From assembly GCF_000143415.4 (NCBI RefSeq), contig NW_003314269.1:3457887-3505960 (forward strand): a stretch of DNA of 48,074 bases, in the 5' to 3' direction. The notes beneath the pieces are model-generated. The model did not search any database and had not been told where the DNA came from. It saw only the letters and a list, made by a program, of their open reading frames with translations. The first letter of the stretch is position 1; each line of letters starts with the position of its first letter. Position numbers and translations under genes: made by a program. Source of the stretch: Selaginella moellendorffii (taxonomy: Eukaryota; Plantae; Lycopodiophyta). Below, piece by piece: positions 23,921-36,890 of this stretch.

Positions 23921-26900
23921 TAAAAATATCAATTTGAAAAATTGAGCAATGGCATATGTTGGGACCCGAATGCGCGCCGAAGGTAAGCTAATTAGCATGG
24001 GTTAGCTAGGTCGACCAGGCGTAGGGAACTACATCTGACTCCCTGCGGGGATGTCGAATCCGTAGACGTATTCTACGGAGGTTGGGTTCGAGTCCCAACC
24101 CCCTAGTAAAGCAAGGCTAGGTTCAAGTCCCGACCCTATACTAGGGCGTGGTGAGGTGAGGAGTATAGGGACACCTATATTCCGTTGTCATGGGCTCTTG
24201 GCCGGGGAGGCTAACTTAGGCACACCGCTAAGTGGGGGGATGCCCCCAGAGACATGGTCAACAAGTCGTAGGATAAAAAAGAGACGTTCGATGTGGGCAT
24301 TGAACTTCTTCTATGGGTGGTGGAGTTGTAAGGAACCAACTCCCCGAGGTGTCGTAGGCTAAAGGATCCCCGAAAGCATGACCAAAATGATAAAGAGTTC
24401 ATCGGATGGGACTGAGTTTGAGATCGAGTCCAAGACCGACTCGGAGACCGAGTTCGAAATAGAGTCCGAAATTGAGTCTGAGGCCGACTCGGAGACCGAG
24501 TTTGAGACAGAGTCCGAGATCCGAAATCGGGTCCGAGACCGAGTCCGAGGTCGAGTCCAAGGTCGGGTCCGAGATCGGGTCCAAGATTGAGTCTGAGACC
24601 GAATCCGAAGTCGGATATGAGATTGAATCTGAGATTGAGCCAGAGACTGAGACCGAGTACTAATATGGGTCAAGGGGTGAAAGCCTAAAGCGTGCATCTC
24701 CCAAGGGGGGGGCTGTAGGGGGTTCCAAAAGTATAGTAGGGATAGTGAGGTCCAGGAATCAGTTTTGAAGGAACTCTTCAGTGGGGCTTCCAAACTGACT
24801 TGAGGTTGGGACTAGGATCGAGGGGATTTGGGTGGGAGTGAGCATGGACTTGGTTGGTGCTAGAGGCCATCCAAGGAAGTGCTCAAGAGCAGCTCCCACT
24901 CTCGAAAGGGAAACCGACTATGGTGCTCCCGGCTCATGTGGAGTGGTGCCCCACTTGAGTACCATGTGGCTCATTGGTCCTCACCCTTCCTAGGGGCTTG
25001 GACCTTCCTTTCGGGATGGAAGTGGGGGGGTAGAGGTACTCATACCGGGCCGTTAGGCCACGGTGTTTTGCCCTGGCGTCCCGAAGTAAGTGTTGCACGC
25101 GAGACTTGGGATTTAGAGGGTCCCATGATCAAGTCTTGTGGTACCAAGGGGTGTTAGGAACCTAGAGGCTTGGTGTGCTTGGCTACTTGTGCCTGCAGGG
25201 AGTGTAGCCGAACCTTAAGTTTAGTCTAACCCGGGGAGGGGGATTGGGAGAGATTTGGTAATTCGTGGATGGATGGCTAACACTCTGTTGTTCACGCAGT
25301 GAGTAGTTGAGACCAAGTAGGACCAAGTAGGAGCTGGTACCATAGGCGAGAACCTTGGTGAGGGAACTTAGCAAAAGCCAAAGCAGTGTTGGACGGATAA
25401 ACGAGGTAAGTTGGCAAATTGGAAAGGAAAAATTTGTGGCTTACAGTTACCCATTGATAGGACATTGCTGACAATGGCTTTATGTAGTCCTAGAAGAGAA
25501 TTGCTAAAAGGAGAAAGTGCAAAGCGTAACCTCATTACCATACAATGAGGTAAGTTTTTTACTTTCTTTACTAGGTGAATTCATGGGTGCAAAGATAGGG
25601 ACACACATGACAGTAGGTTCTATCTCTTGCTAATTGTGATGCCCATGAGTGTGGTATCAAAAAATCTTGTGGGAATGCACAATGCTCTTACTCATCCAAG
25701 TTGTAGCATGAGGTGATAAATTATGTATATCTTCCAGATCAAAATCCAAAATTGGTAGAGATTTGCATTCTGTTGAATGGGTTTAGCAAGAGAGTAAATA
25801 TTTATTTTTAAGTGAATAAATTTATTTATAAGGCTTTATGAATAAAATAATCAACTTCACCCAAGCTTATTCTGTTTTATAATCTTTGAATATTTTAGGT
25901 CAAATTAAATTTTATAATTTAATATAATAGTATTCACAAATATAATAGGAAAACTATATTTTATACAGATGGCCTGTTTAGAAAACATATGGAACCTAAC
26001 AGGTTTGTTATGAGTGTGTCCAATTGTTAATATAACTGAATACTTTATTTTTAATGCTTTATGAGTAAAATAATCAACTTTACCAAAAATAAACCAACCC
26101 ACATTTGGTATATCAATCACCTAGTATTGGATTCCATATGTTTTAGTGATATCTAAACGGGGCATCTATGAAAAATATAGTTTTTTAATTATATTTATAA
26201 ATACTGCTAAATTAAAATATAAAAACAAATAAATTAAACAAATTTAATAATAAGAGTATATATTATATTTTTATATGTAGCCTTAGATATTTTCTAACTT
26301 CAAATATAATTTATTAGAACATAATACTATGGAATATAATATTTAAATTTATAGTTTCTATAATATATATTTATAAAAAAATTTGTTAGTAATTTATTTC
26401 TGGATGGATCTGGGTAGTAATATATTAATGTTTCTTCACATTTATTGTTTTATATTCTAAGAAAAATACATAATTTATTAATGTCTCATTAATAAAAAAT
26501 TTATTAATAATTATTCTTAGTAATTATTCTCTTTTGTTTGATAAAATTTTAAGGCAATTTTATCCTAAGTAAAATTTAATTGTTATATATTATATTATTA
26601 ATAATATAAATTTCATTTTTACTCTTTTTATTCAGGTATTTTTCTAAATATATATTTTTTTAAAATAATAATCTATATCTATAGTTTTTACTAATGAATT
26701 TTTATTCTTACTTATGCTTAGGTATTATCAAGTTTACAAGAGCAAAAATTATATATAAAATCCTTGATTTTTCTGGCATTTGTTAGGCATAATTCCCTCA
26801 AGTCTTCTTTCAAAGTGGAATACAATATTTATTGTTTTGATACTATTCCAATTTAATTTTTAAAATAGCAAAATTATGGTAATCAAAATAGTATTTTGCT

Positions 26901-27044
26901 AACTGAGCAGCATATGCTGGGCAATAGCTAGTATTTTGATAAGGTTTTGTCTTGGCCAATAGCTGTCTAGCACAATTTACATGCCTATTGGCTCTTCCTG
27001 CCTTGGTCAAAGCTTTGGATATATCATTACTTAGCAAATAATTG

Positions 27045-27329
27045 GAAGTGAAGAAGGTTATGTAGCTGATGTCAATGGTGTTTTCCCCAGTGATGAAGGT
27101 GTTGACAAAGAAGATGCCTTGTGTGGGCATAGTGAAAAGTTGGCTATTGCATGCGCCTTAATCAACTCCAAGCCTGGGACAACTATAAAAATCGTGAAGA
27201 AACTTAGGGTTTGTGATGATTGTCATAATGCTACTGCCAGAATCTCTGAGGTTGAGGGTAGAGAAATTGTGTGCAGGGATGCTAGATGTCTTCAGAAATG
27301 GCATTTGCTCATGCAATGATTATTTTTGA
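27045..27329 (+). pseudogene. PPR-DYW deaminase domain fragment
   Basis: GYVAD...LCGHSEKLAIA.ALI...IKIVKKLRVCDDCHNAT..IS.VEGREIVCRDA, then a frameshifting deletion of the RFHHF region, then FRNGICSCNDYF*. Confidence 0.88.
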
Positions 27330-27719
27330 TCATGATCACAGATTTACCTGATCTGTGAAGCAAATATTTCATCTCCATTTTGCATTCTATCTTTGTTTTC
27401 TAATATGATATTACTGTTTCAAGTTGCAAATGTGTTGGCTGGCGAGGGCTTCTGAGTATTCTCTAGTGATTTTGCTTGGCATGCAAAGCGGGGCACACTG
27501 CTTCGATAAGCAGTGTCCTCCAGTCTTCCATGTCATCGCTGCTGTGACTGTGGTGCTTGGGGAAGAAAAGAAGATGGCATGAGACATGGTTTCTGTCCCT
27601 GTCTTGCAGAGCAGGCAGCATCCTGCCTCCCTGGGTGTCCATCTTCACACGAGTTCAATGTGTAATGAGTGTGCCTACTTATCAGAAGTCGGTAAACTAA
27701 TAAAGACCACTTGACTGTC

Positions 27720-28125
27720 CCCAAATTTTTCTTGCCGAGAGGCACAGGCTCCTTTTCCATCATGCCAGCTTGACTGAAAACTTTTCAAGTGCTTATAGAA
27801 CTAGAGAGCCTGCTTGGATCTCTCATATGCTGCACAAGAATTTTCCACTCAATCTTTGTAGGATGCCCCAGCTAGGAATAGGTAAGATCTTTCTGTTCTT
27901 GCAAAAGAAATTCAATTTTCAGGTTCTGTGCTGGGTTTCAACATGCAACAAGTTGGCTCTCAAAATGGTAGCCATACTGCCATGGCAGGGCGGGCACAAT
28001 TGAAGGCATTCATTTTACCAGCAGTGGATGACTTTGAACTCTTGATTTTAAGCAAACACCTCTGGGTCAGCTCTGAGATCAATGCTGTCTCAGCCATAGT
28101 CACTGGAGTAGTTCCCAGTGAGAAA
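27720..28125 (-). pseudogene. Degenerate chlorophyll a/b-binding (Lhcb-like) pseudogene
   Basis: 28122-28020 reads LTGNYSSDYG*DSIDLRADPEVFA*NQEFKVIHC versus Lhcb [34 protein letters not shown]. A weaker FQ..HDGKG remnant lies downstream. Confidence 0.62.
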
Positions 28126-31100
28126 TTTTTCATGTCTCTTTCTACAACTACAATTCTCTTATATAAAACACTGTAAAAGAATTGGAGTTGTGCTTCAAGC
28201 TATCACTATATGGATCAATGACCCACTAATTCACAAAGGTTAAGGAAAAGCCACTTAAGGACGTTGAGGAGTCTCTGCTAGTAGCTAAATTTGGGTGTTT
28301 TACATGTTTGCTTCACATATGTGTCCTTTATATGATGTCAATAACAACACATTAAGAGCATGGTGTTGTGCTAGAAATCTGGATGCTGGATGGCTTCTTT
28401 TGAATTTTTTTACCCATAAAACTCTTGGCCAATGTATTTGTCTTTTCACTCAAATTTAAAGTTTTTCGAGAACTTTGCCTTGCCAACCCACCAGCATTTT
28501 GCTGGGAAATTTCTAGTAAGTATATATGGCCATGCTAAAAGAGTTAGTATATTTAATTTTAAAATTTTTAGTTCAAACTTAAAATTATATGTAAAGTCCA
28601 GATGTACAATTACAATGTCTTATAATATTATTAGTATTATGGAATTTTAGTAATTATTGAATTCAGACCACTCACTTCTATATATAAACTAGGGATATAC
28701 ACATTTCTATATTTTCCATACACTCATATTGGTGGAGGATTGTCTTTGAGGAGTGCTTAAATTTATGCTTTTGGTTTAAATCTAATTTTTCCATTGTTTA
28801 AAACTTTTATTGTCTTATAATATTATTTTATTTCTCCTCTTTTATTTTCTTCTTTTTATTTATCTTTATGGTAGAGCAGCAACCTCCTCATCTTTTGACT
28901 TTGGAGTAGAAATTAGTGCAATAGCTAGATGTTATGTAATTGCAATAATTAGACTCAATGTAAGCGACAAAATTTTCCATTTTATTTTATTTATTTAACC
29001 GCACTTTTGACCACTTGGAGTGCATTTGGGCACTCAATCTCAAACTCCATCTTGGGTCCTTCTCGAACTCTATATTGGACTCTTTCTTGGACTCTATCAT
29101 GGACTTTTTTTCAAACTCCATCTCAGGTCCATCTTGGGTCCATTTTAGACTCAGTCTCAACACTTCTATATGTTATATGTTAGTCCTTTTATGTCCCTTT
29201 TCTAGAGGCTCACTTATTGATTATTTCATTCTCGTTCATTGAGCACTTCATTGGGAGTTCTATTCCCACTTTTGATTTTTCGAGTTAAAGATTTTCTTCC
29301 AAACATGTTACACTCATTTAGCTTTTGCCTCAGTCACTACTATATGGCACCCTCTTGGCTCCACTTTGGGGCTTAGAGATTTGTGTTTTATAACTCCACC
29401 ACCCATAGATAAATTTTGATGTCCTCATTGAATGATAAACCATTTCATAAAGTAACCCTATTATAGATTACCATTTTCCTTAGCACCAAGACAATATTCG
29501 TCAATGGTTCAACATTGAAGGCTCACCATGCCTTTCCCATCCTCTAAGGAGCATAGTCTCTCTAACTTAAAATCTTATTAAATCATATATAATGGTTCTT
29601 TCCCTTTGTTAATTTAGTTCTCACTAAATATATTAGAGATACTTTCTTTATCTTGAGTAGTCCTGGCCTAACCATCATACTTTGGAACTATGATATTGAC
29701 TTTTTGAGTCAATTTCCTTAATGTTTTCAACACTTTGACTTGCATATATTGTGCAAACTTCACTTCCCCATCTTAAAAAGTCCTTCAATTGAGGGCACTA
29801 TCATCCTCTCTTTTATTTCGTGCCTCTCTAAGCACTAAGTTCCACTTATCCATAATTTCTATTAGGGTTATCCATAACTTTATTATTTGGCTATATCTCT
29901 TGGAGTTTTCACCTCCACCACATTAGAGCACTTGAGAAATCCATCTTTAGAAATATATTTATTTTCTCACAATCCGTTGGCATCCACCATATGGGTGTTC
30001 TTCGCCTAATTTTTAGTTTGGATTCCTTCCAATAATTTTCAAAGCCCATTCTTGGCCACTAGTCTTTTGCTTTTATCCTTTGATTATTGCACCAAGTAAC
30101 ATAGAATCATTATTTCCATCCTTAAGCTATCTTTTCAGTTCTATAGTAAAATTTTTTGTTTGCTAAATTCAAAGAGTGTTCACCTTTATTAAGTCTCTCT
30201 AGCACTTTTTATTGTGGGCTCTAACTATAGCCTAACGTTGCAACTCTCTTATAAATCCTTTCTTAGAGACTATTTTCTTGGATTCACAATACTATTGCAT
30301 TACCACAACTTATTTCCCTTAAGTGTCTTTCCCACTTGGTCACCTTAACTAAGTCACACTATACCATTTCTTCAAATCACTATTTTAAACTAGAAACACC
30401 ATTCTTTAACCCATTAAAGAGCTTTATCTTTGACTATCAGCCATGGAATCACCTAGTGATCCCATATAGACAACTTAATAAATTTACCAATAGATATTAA
30501 ATTTATAAGACCTTTAAAATGTTGATGATGACCTTGGAGGCATCCTCCATACTTGGTGGTGTGCCCAAACTAACCCTTCCAGCCAAAGGTCCATAGCAAT
30601 TGAGATTGGGTGTCTCTATCTCATTCACCACATTCTTAATACACTTGCACTAAAGTAAGTTAGATATATCAAGTTTTCACACTAAATATTTTAACTATGT
30701 ATCATAACTCTAGAGCATCCCCTGTTTAACAATATGCCTAAGCTAGCCTTTTTACTGAGAGTCCATGAGTATAAAAATGAGTATCGTTATATTCCAAATT
30801 ATCACCACACCCTAGTAGGTTAGGATTTAAATTGAAGAACTAGAGGGTTGGGACTTAAACTAACTTCCATATATGCATTTACAAATAACATTACTCAAGA
30901 TGCCTGAATTGACTCCTCATGTTGGTGCACCAACTTAATTCAATATGTGCTAAGGATCACCATTTAGGAATTTAGTTCCTCCGAGCTTCCTAATCCTCTC
31001 ACTTGACAAGCTAACCTGTCTTTGATTATGGTTGGACTCCCCCATGCTGGGCTCTATTGGCCACACTTTTGAAATTATCACCTTCAACTAGGGTCTTCAT

Positions 31101-31947
31101 TCCTCCAACTTGCTAATCCCACTTAGCAAGTCATCAAACTAATGTAACATGATTCTTTGCATAAATGTGAAATTTTTAAAACACCACTTTTCTTTAAAAC
31201 CCTTTTTTTAAACCTTGGGGGAACCCCCCCCCCCCCCCCCCCCAATCTTGATAGCATTGCCTCATGACAAATTTTAAGACTATGCTTTTGCTATGCCACT
31301 TTAATTTTGCACAATCCCATGAACTATTTATATTTGTCTTTCTAGATACCAACTTACCTAGAATTATTTTTGGGAATATTGAAGAGACTTTATCCCTTAA
31401 TTTTTTAAGGCTTCTTTTTTTGCAAACTTTTTAATTGCCATATTTTTTAATATAAATGATTTCATACTTTATACTCTCCATGGCAACATAGTTGCTAGTA
31501 GCAACACCTTTGAGCACCACTTTATTCACCACTCATAATTTATATAACCATTCTTGGCCATGCCCTTTAATTTCTATGATTTGGTTCTATCCTGTAGCGC
31601 ATGTGATCATAGGATGAGATTTGGATATACTGTTACCATGGATCTTTAGAACCTTGGGGGATAAATGGGGATAAAATAACTACTAAGGGCTCTCTCATCA
31701 AGCAATTGCCCCTTTTTCAGTTGGCTTAAAAGGAGAGAATTAAGGTGCGTTATATTTGGTATCAGAGGGCAATTGTCTCAGCGATTCCTATCCAACTTTT
31801 GTCGGATTTTCTGACTCAAGTTGCATACGCAGAGACTTTTCTAGTAAATCTGAAGCGACTTGTGTAGGATTAGTTGGATAGTACCATTCGGTAAGAACGT
31901 TGTATGCATGTTCAATTACTGATAGAGGCATGCATGCAGCTAGTAGG

Positions 31948-34900
31948 ATGGTGAAGAGGAACCATGCTGATGATGCTGAAACCTCTAGACGGGTGAATTG
32001 AGAGGAGGAAACTCCTGCTAGAGATGCTGCGGAAGAGGCTGAGGCCGAGCCGGAAGAGGAAGAGCCAGATGCTGTGGTGTTGTAACGTACGGCTCAAGAA
32101 GTCGAGATCGAGAATTTGCAAAGGGAGATTCGCAAATTGAAGAAGGAGAACAAGAAGAGGAAGAAAGAAGCTGAGGCAGCTAAACTAGCTAAGCCTAAGC
32201 AACCGGACTTCTCTTCAAGTTCTGAGGACGATGAAGTTCTGCAGCCGCCCCCGGTTGCACGAGTTTCAAAATTCAAGCCTCCGAAACCACCCAACTTTAG
32301 AGGCATGCGGGACTATCAAGTTTTGGAGGACTGGGTCTACAATATGGAAAATTATTTCATAGTGGCAGACGTAGATGATCATACAAAAGTTATGTGCGCG
32401 CAATCCTTTCTCACTGATCATGCCAAAACTTGGTGGTGCTAGGTGTGTGCTGCAAAAGGGCAGACTAGAAGTTGGACCAAGATGCGGTCTCGTATCCATA
32501 AGGAATACTTGCCGGATGATCTTGGTCTGAGACTTCGTGCGGAGCTGCGATAGTTAAAGCAATGAGGGGATCTCATGCATTACGTTAATGCGTTTGCTCA
32601 GAAGTGCATTATGATTGCAAATATGAGTGACGAAGATGCTCAGAGTTATTTTTTGGAGGGTTTAAGTTCACTTTCTCGCAATGAGATTTTGAAGTTTAAG
32701 CCAAAGACGTACCTGGAGTGTAAGGAGGCAGCACAGAAAGTTGCCTTTAGTCACTCGCTCATGGAACAATATCAGCAATTGTATGTTGGTAACTCAGATA
32801 AGAATAAAAATTCTGAGAATAAACAAGGTGATCGGAAACAGAGGGTGGAAAGCAGGTTTTGCCCTGGAGGCTCACAAGCAACGGTTAACAAAGGTGGTGG
32901 TGGTTGGAGACCACCAGCAGCTTCTTCTGGTCCTAGGCCCTCTGTTCCTCCTCCTGGTGGGTACAAGCAGCAGAACCTGCAAAACTTGCTCCTAGCGGAA
33001 CGGGTAGTGTAGGTCATTGCTTCCATTGTGGAGAGTTGGGAGATAGGTCCTCGGAATGTCCCAACAAGCATAAGACAAGGTCTCGAGTTAATGTCATGAG
33101 GGAAGATGGTGGTGGTGAAGCTGAAGGGGTTGACGAGTTGGTTAATGCAGACTATGAGGAAGAAGAGGTGAGTAACTTTCGTTGCTTTCCTCAAGTTTTT
33201 CTTGCAGTCAATGCAAACACTGATCCGTTGATGTATCTAGTAGGCTTTATCCATGGATACCGAATCCGAATGATGATTGACACAGGAGCTATGCACAGCG
33301 TGATATCTGAAGACTTAGTTAAATTGTTAGGATTGAATGCTGAGCAAATATTGCCTATGCACTTCCAATTTGCGGAAGGTGGGCAAGTAGCCAGAAAGTT
33401 TGTGAGTGATGTTCCAATAAAGATATCCAAGTGGAAAGAAAGAGTGGACTTGGTAGTGTTGAAGATACCAGATTTTCAGATGGTGTTTGGTACGGATTTC
33501 TTCAACAAGTATATCAAAGGGATTTATGGTGCTAGACAAAGTTGCATCACGTTGAAGTCAAAAGGACGTCCTGATGTATCCTTTCAATTGCAAAAGCGTT
33601 CCTCAAAGGATTGGGATGCAAAGTTCCTGACTACGAGAGCCGCTCAAAAAGCAGCTAAGAAGGGATGTCGGACGTTTTGGGTTCAAGTGATGGAAGCTGA
33701 GAGTGTTAGTGACTCAGTTCGAATCAGCAACGGGGTTGATCTTGTACCAAAGAAGATATTGGAGTTGTTGGCGAGGAATCAGGATATCTTTCCAAAGGAT
33801 TTGCCGCCAAGGTTACCTCCTAGCCGTGAGGTTGATCATCAGATTGAGGTTATTCCGAGTTCTAAACCACCTTCGAAAGCTTCATATCGGTTGAACATCA
33901 AGGAGATGGCTGAACTCAAGAAGCAACTCACGGAGCTTCTTGATAAAGGTCATATCCGACCAAGCAAGTCACCTTATGGAGCGCTGGTCCTTTTTGTTAT
34001 GAAAAAGGATGGAACCATGAGGATGTGTATTGACTATCGGGCACTCAACAAGATCACAGTTAAAAATAGTCCTTTGCCTCGCATTGATGACTTGTTTGAC
34101 CAACTCTTAAAGGCTAAGTATTTTACGCGACTTGATTTGCGGTCCGGGTATCATTAGATACGGATGGCAGATTAGGATGTGGAGAAGACAGCCTTTAAGA
34201 CTCGGTATGGATCTTATGAGTTCCTTGTCATGCCATTCGGGTTATGCAATGCTCCGGCAATGTTCAGCACTATGATGGATAGAATATTCGGAGATTATTT
34301 GGATACATTTGTTGTCCTATATATCAACGATGTTCTAGTCTTTAGCGAAACATTGGAGGATCATTTGAAACACTTGGAGCTGGTGTTTCAGAAGTTGTGT
34401 GAACACAAACTGTATGTTAAGGAAAGTAAATGCGCTTTTGGACAATTGCACGTAAACTTTCTTGGACATATAGTTGGTGGTGGCATGATTGACGTTGATC
34501 CAAAGAAGGTGGAAGCAGTGAAGTCCTGGGAAGTTCTGACCACTGTATCAGATGTTCGTTCCTTTCTCAGTTTGGTGGGATACTATCGCAAGTTTGTCCG
34601 TAATTTTGCAAGAATTGCTCTTCCGTTGACTGAGTTGACGAAGAGTAGTATTCTGTTTCACTGGACACCAGCTTATCAGCGTGCTTTTGTACGGTTGAAG
34701 GAGATTTTGACTACGGTTCCTGTTCTCAGGATCCCAGATCTTGATAAACCCTTCAAAGTGCATTGTGATGCATCTGGTTATGCTATTGGTGCTGTGTTAC
34801 AGCAAGATTGTGACAAAGCGGTTGGTGTTACGCTAAGGCAACATGGTTGTCCCATTGCATTCTATTCCAAGAAATTGGATGAGACCCAACGAAGATGGCC

Positions 34901-36659
34901 AACACATGAGAAAGAGATGTTTGCTATAGTGTCGGCCCTGGAACACTGGAGACACTACTTGGGTGGACATACCAAGGTTTATACAGATAGTAACACACTA
35001 AGCTACTTTGCTATGCAGCCTAAGCTTATGCCAAAGTAGGCTCGTTGGCAAGAGAAGCTTGCTAAATATGATATTGAAATCATATATAAACCAGGTAAAG
35101 ACAATATTGTTCTGGATGCATTGAGTCGTCAAGCTCAATTCCGGGCAATATTGGCAATTAGTTCGGACTGGTTGGAGGACGTTCGGGCTTCGTATGGAAG
35201 TGATTCATTGGCGAAGGCAATCTTACGCCATGCAAAGTTGTCAAAGCAGAACTCTGGTAGCAAGGCAGCGAAAGTTGCTAACCACACCAATGCGAAGCTT
35301 CACTTCTCGGTTCGGGATGGATTTATATTCTATAAGCAAGAAAGATTGTATCTTCCCTTTAAGGATCTACAACAGTTGTTTCTGCAGGAACATCATGATG
35401 TTCCAGCAGCAAGACATGGTGGACAGCGAAAAACTCTGGCTTCATTGAAAAAGGGATTTTTCTGGTCTAGTATGGAAGGTGATGTAGTGGATTATGTCCG
35501 TTCCTGCCCTATATGCTAGCAATGTAAGCACAAAACTGAGAAGCAGGCTGGAAAGTTGCAGTGCATTCCAACACCGGCATGGCCATTTCAAAGTGTGACA
35601 CTTGATTTCGTCACTTGCTTGCTGAAGTCTAAGGGTTATGATACTTTAATGGTGGTTGTGGATCGGTTGTCAAAGATTGCACACTTCATTCCAACTATGG
35701 GAACAGTGAATGTGAAACAAGCAGCAAAGCTCTTTTTCCATGAAGTCATGCGGGTTCGTGGTCTTCCCGAAGAGATGATCTTGAATAGGGATTCGAGGTT
35801 TACGGGGAAGTTTTGGGGCACACTGTTCCAGCTGTTTGGTACCAAGCTAAAATTTAGTACGGCTTATCATCCTCAGACTGATGGGCAGACCGAACGTGTG
35901 AATGCCCAAGTTGAGGATTATCTACGGTACTATGTTGCGGCGGACTAACGCGATTGGGTTGAGCATTTGGATACAGCAAAAATAGGTTATAACAACACAT
36001 TTCACAGTGCTATAGGCTGTTCTCCATGGGAGATGCTGCAAGGGAATGCTCATGGGGTTCCTCAACAGATTGTTGTACCGAAATCTATGTTCGAAATGTT
36101 GGTCCCGACTGTTGAGACTTATGCGGAGCAGCTACACCAAGGTTGGTCTAGGGCTACTGAGGCGATGGGCAAAGTTCAGAATAAGTATCGACATGATAAG
36201 GATCAGCATTGTCGGGATGTATCCTATCAAGTGGGAGATCAGGTGTGGCTACCTTCCTAGAACTTGAACATTAAGGGATGTTTATCTCAGAAGTTATTGC
36301 CGAGATATGTTGGACCCTATCGGGTGGTGAAGCGAGTTGGTGATGTATCCTATAAGTTGGATCTTCCGGATGAGTTGTCCAATGTACATAATGTGTTTCA
36401 TGTCAGTTTACTGGCACCATATCATGTTGCTGCGGATCGCTCTGTGGACATTCGTCCCCCTCTGAAAGTTGTGAATGGTGACATGGAGTATGAGGTTGAA
36501 GCGATTCTCTTGTCTCGCAAAGCTCATGGTGGTCGTTCCAAGGAATATCTAGTTAAGTGGAAAGGTTACCCAACTTGTGAATCAACTTGGGAACCTCTTA
36601 GGAATTTTACACATGCTCATAAGCTTGTCACGGAGTATGAGAATAGTAATAAAGACTAG
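31948..36659 (+). pseudogene. Chromovirus gag-pol (gag, Zn knuckle, PR, RT, RNase H, INT, chromodomain), inactivated
   Basis: [51 protein letters not shown] (mutated YIDD), DASGYAIGAVL, HHCC, STAYHPQTDGQTER, RYVGPY, YLVKWKGYPTCESTWEP. Multiple in-frame stops. Confidence 0.95.
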
Positions 36660-36890
36660 TTTTTGTAAAAAAAAAAAAAACTTTGTAATAAATCTTGCAA
36701 ATCAATAAAGTAATATATTCCTTTCAATCACAAGTGTCGTTTCTCTCGTTTGTTCATACTTGGGTCAGTTTTGGCAAGTTGACTTTGGCACTTCGATGCA
36801 TGGGTCCAATCCATAACCATGGGGATAACTATTATAGATTGATCACAAGTCCCCACCTTTTTCTCGATGACTCATTTTCGAAAAGGGTCG

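Larger units (their letters stand above)
22011..25445 (+). mobile_element. Internally deleted Ty3/gypsy chromovirus. 5' LTR 22011-~22960 (truncated), 3' LTR 24327-25445, TSD GTTAC
   Basis: TGTAAG...CTTACA termini. GTTAC at 22006-22010 and 25446-25450. Purine-rich tract before 24327. Integrase and chromodomain remnant between the LTRs. Confidence 0.92.
21500..26931 (+). mobile_element. Helitron copy 3 (diverged, interrupted by an LTR element, 5' end not found)
   Basis: PG fragment GITLNTKAFQKVINHIGSFGELGGMTL*VPQGKWL at ~21545-21655. AT-rich body 25735-26900 is homologous to 9420-10750. 3' end CAGCATATGCTG-GGCAATAG-CTAG|T at 26928-26931. Confidence 0.68.

Noticed and set aside
27930-28000. Argonaute N-terminus-like RP.HGSMATILRAN (minus strand)
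   Set aside because: Short, needs a frameshift, and the adjacent exon is better explained as Lhcb.
34790-34850. Extra ~11 aa in the chromovirus RNase H as a possible intron
   Set aside because: In frame with no suitable GT-AG borders; looks like a local duplication.
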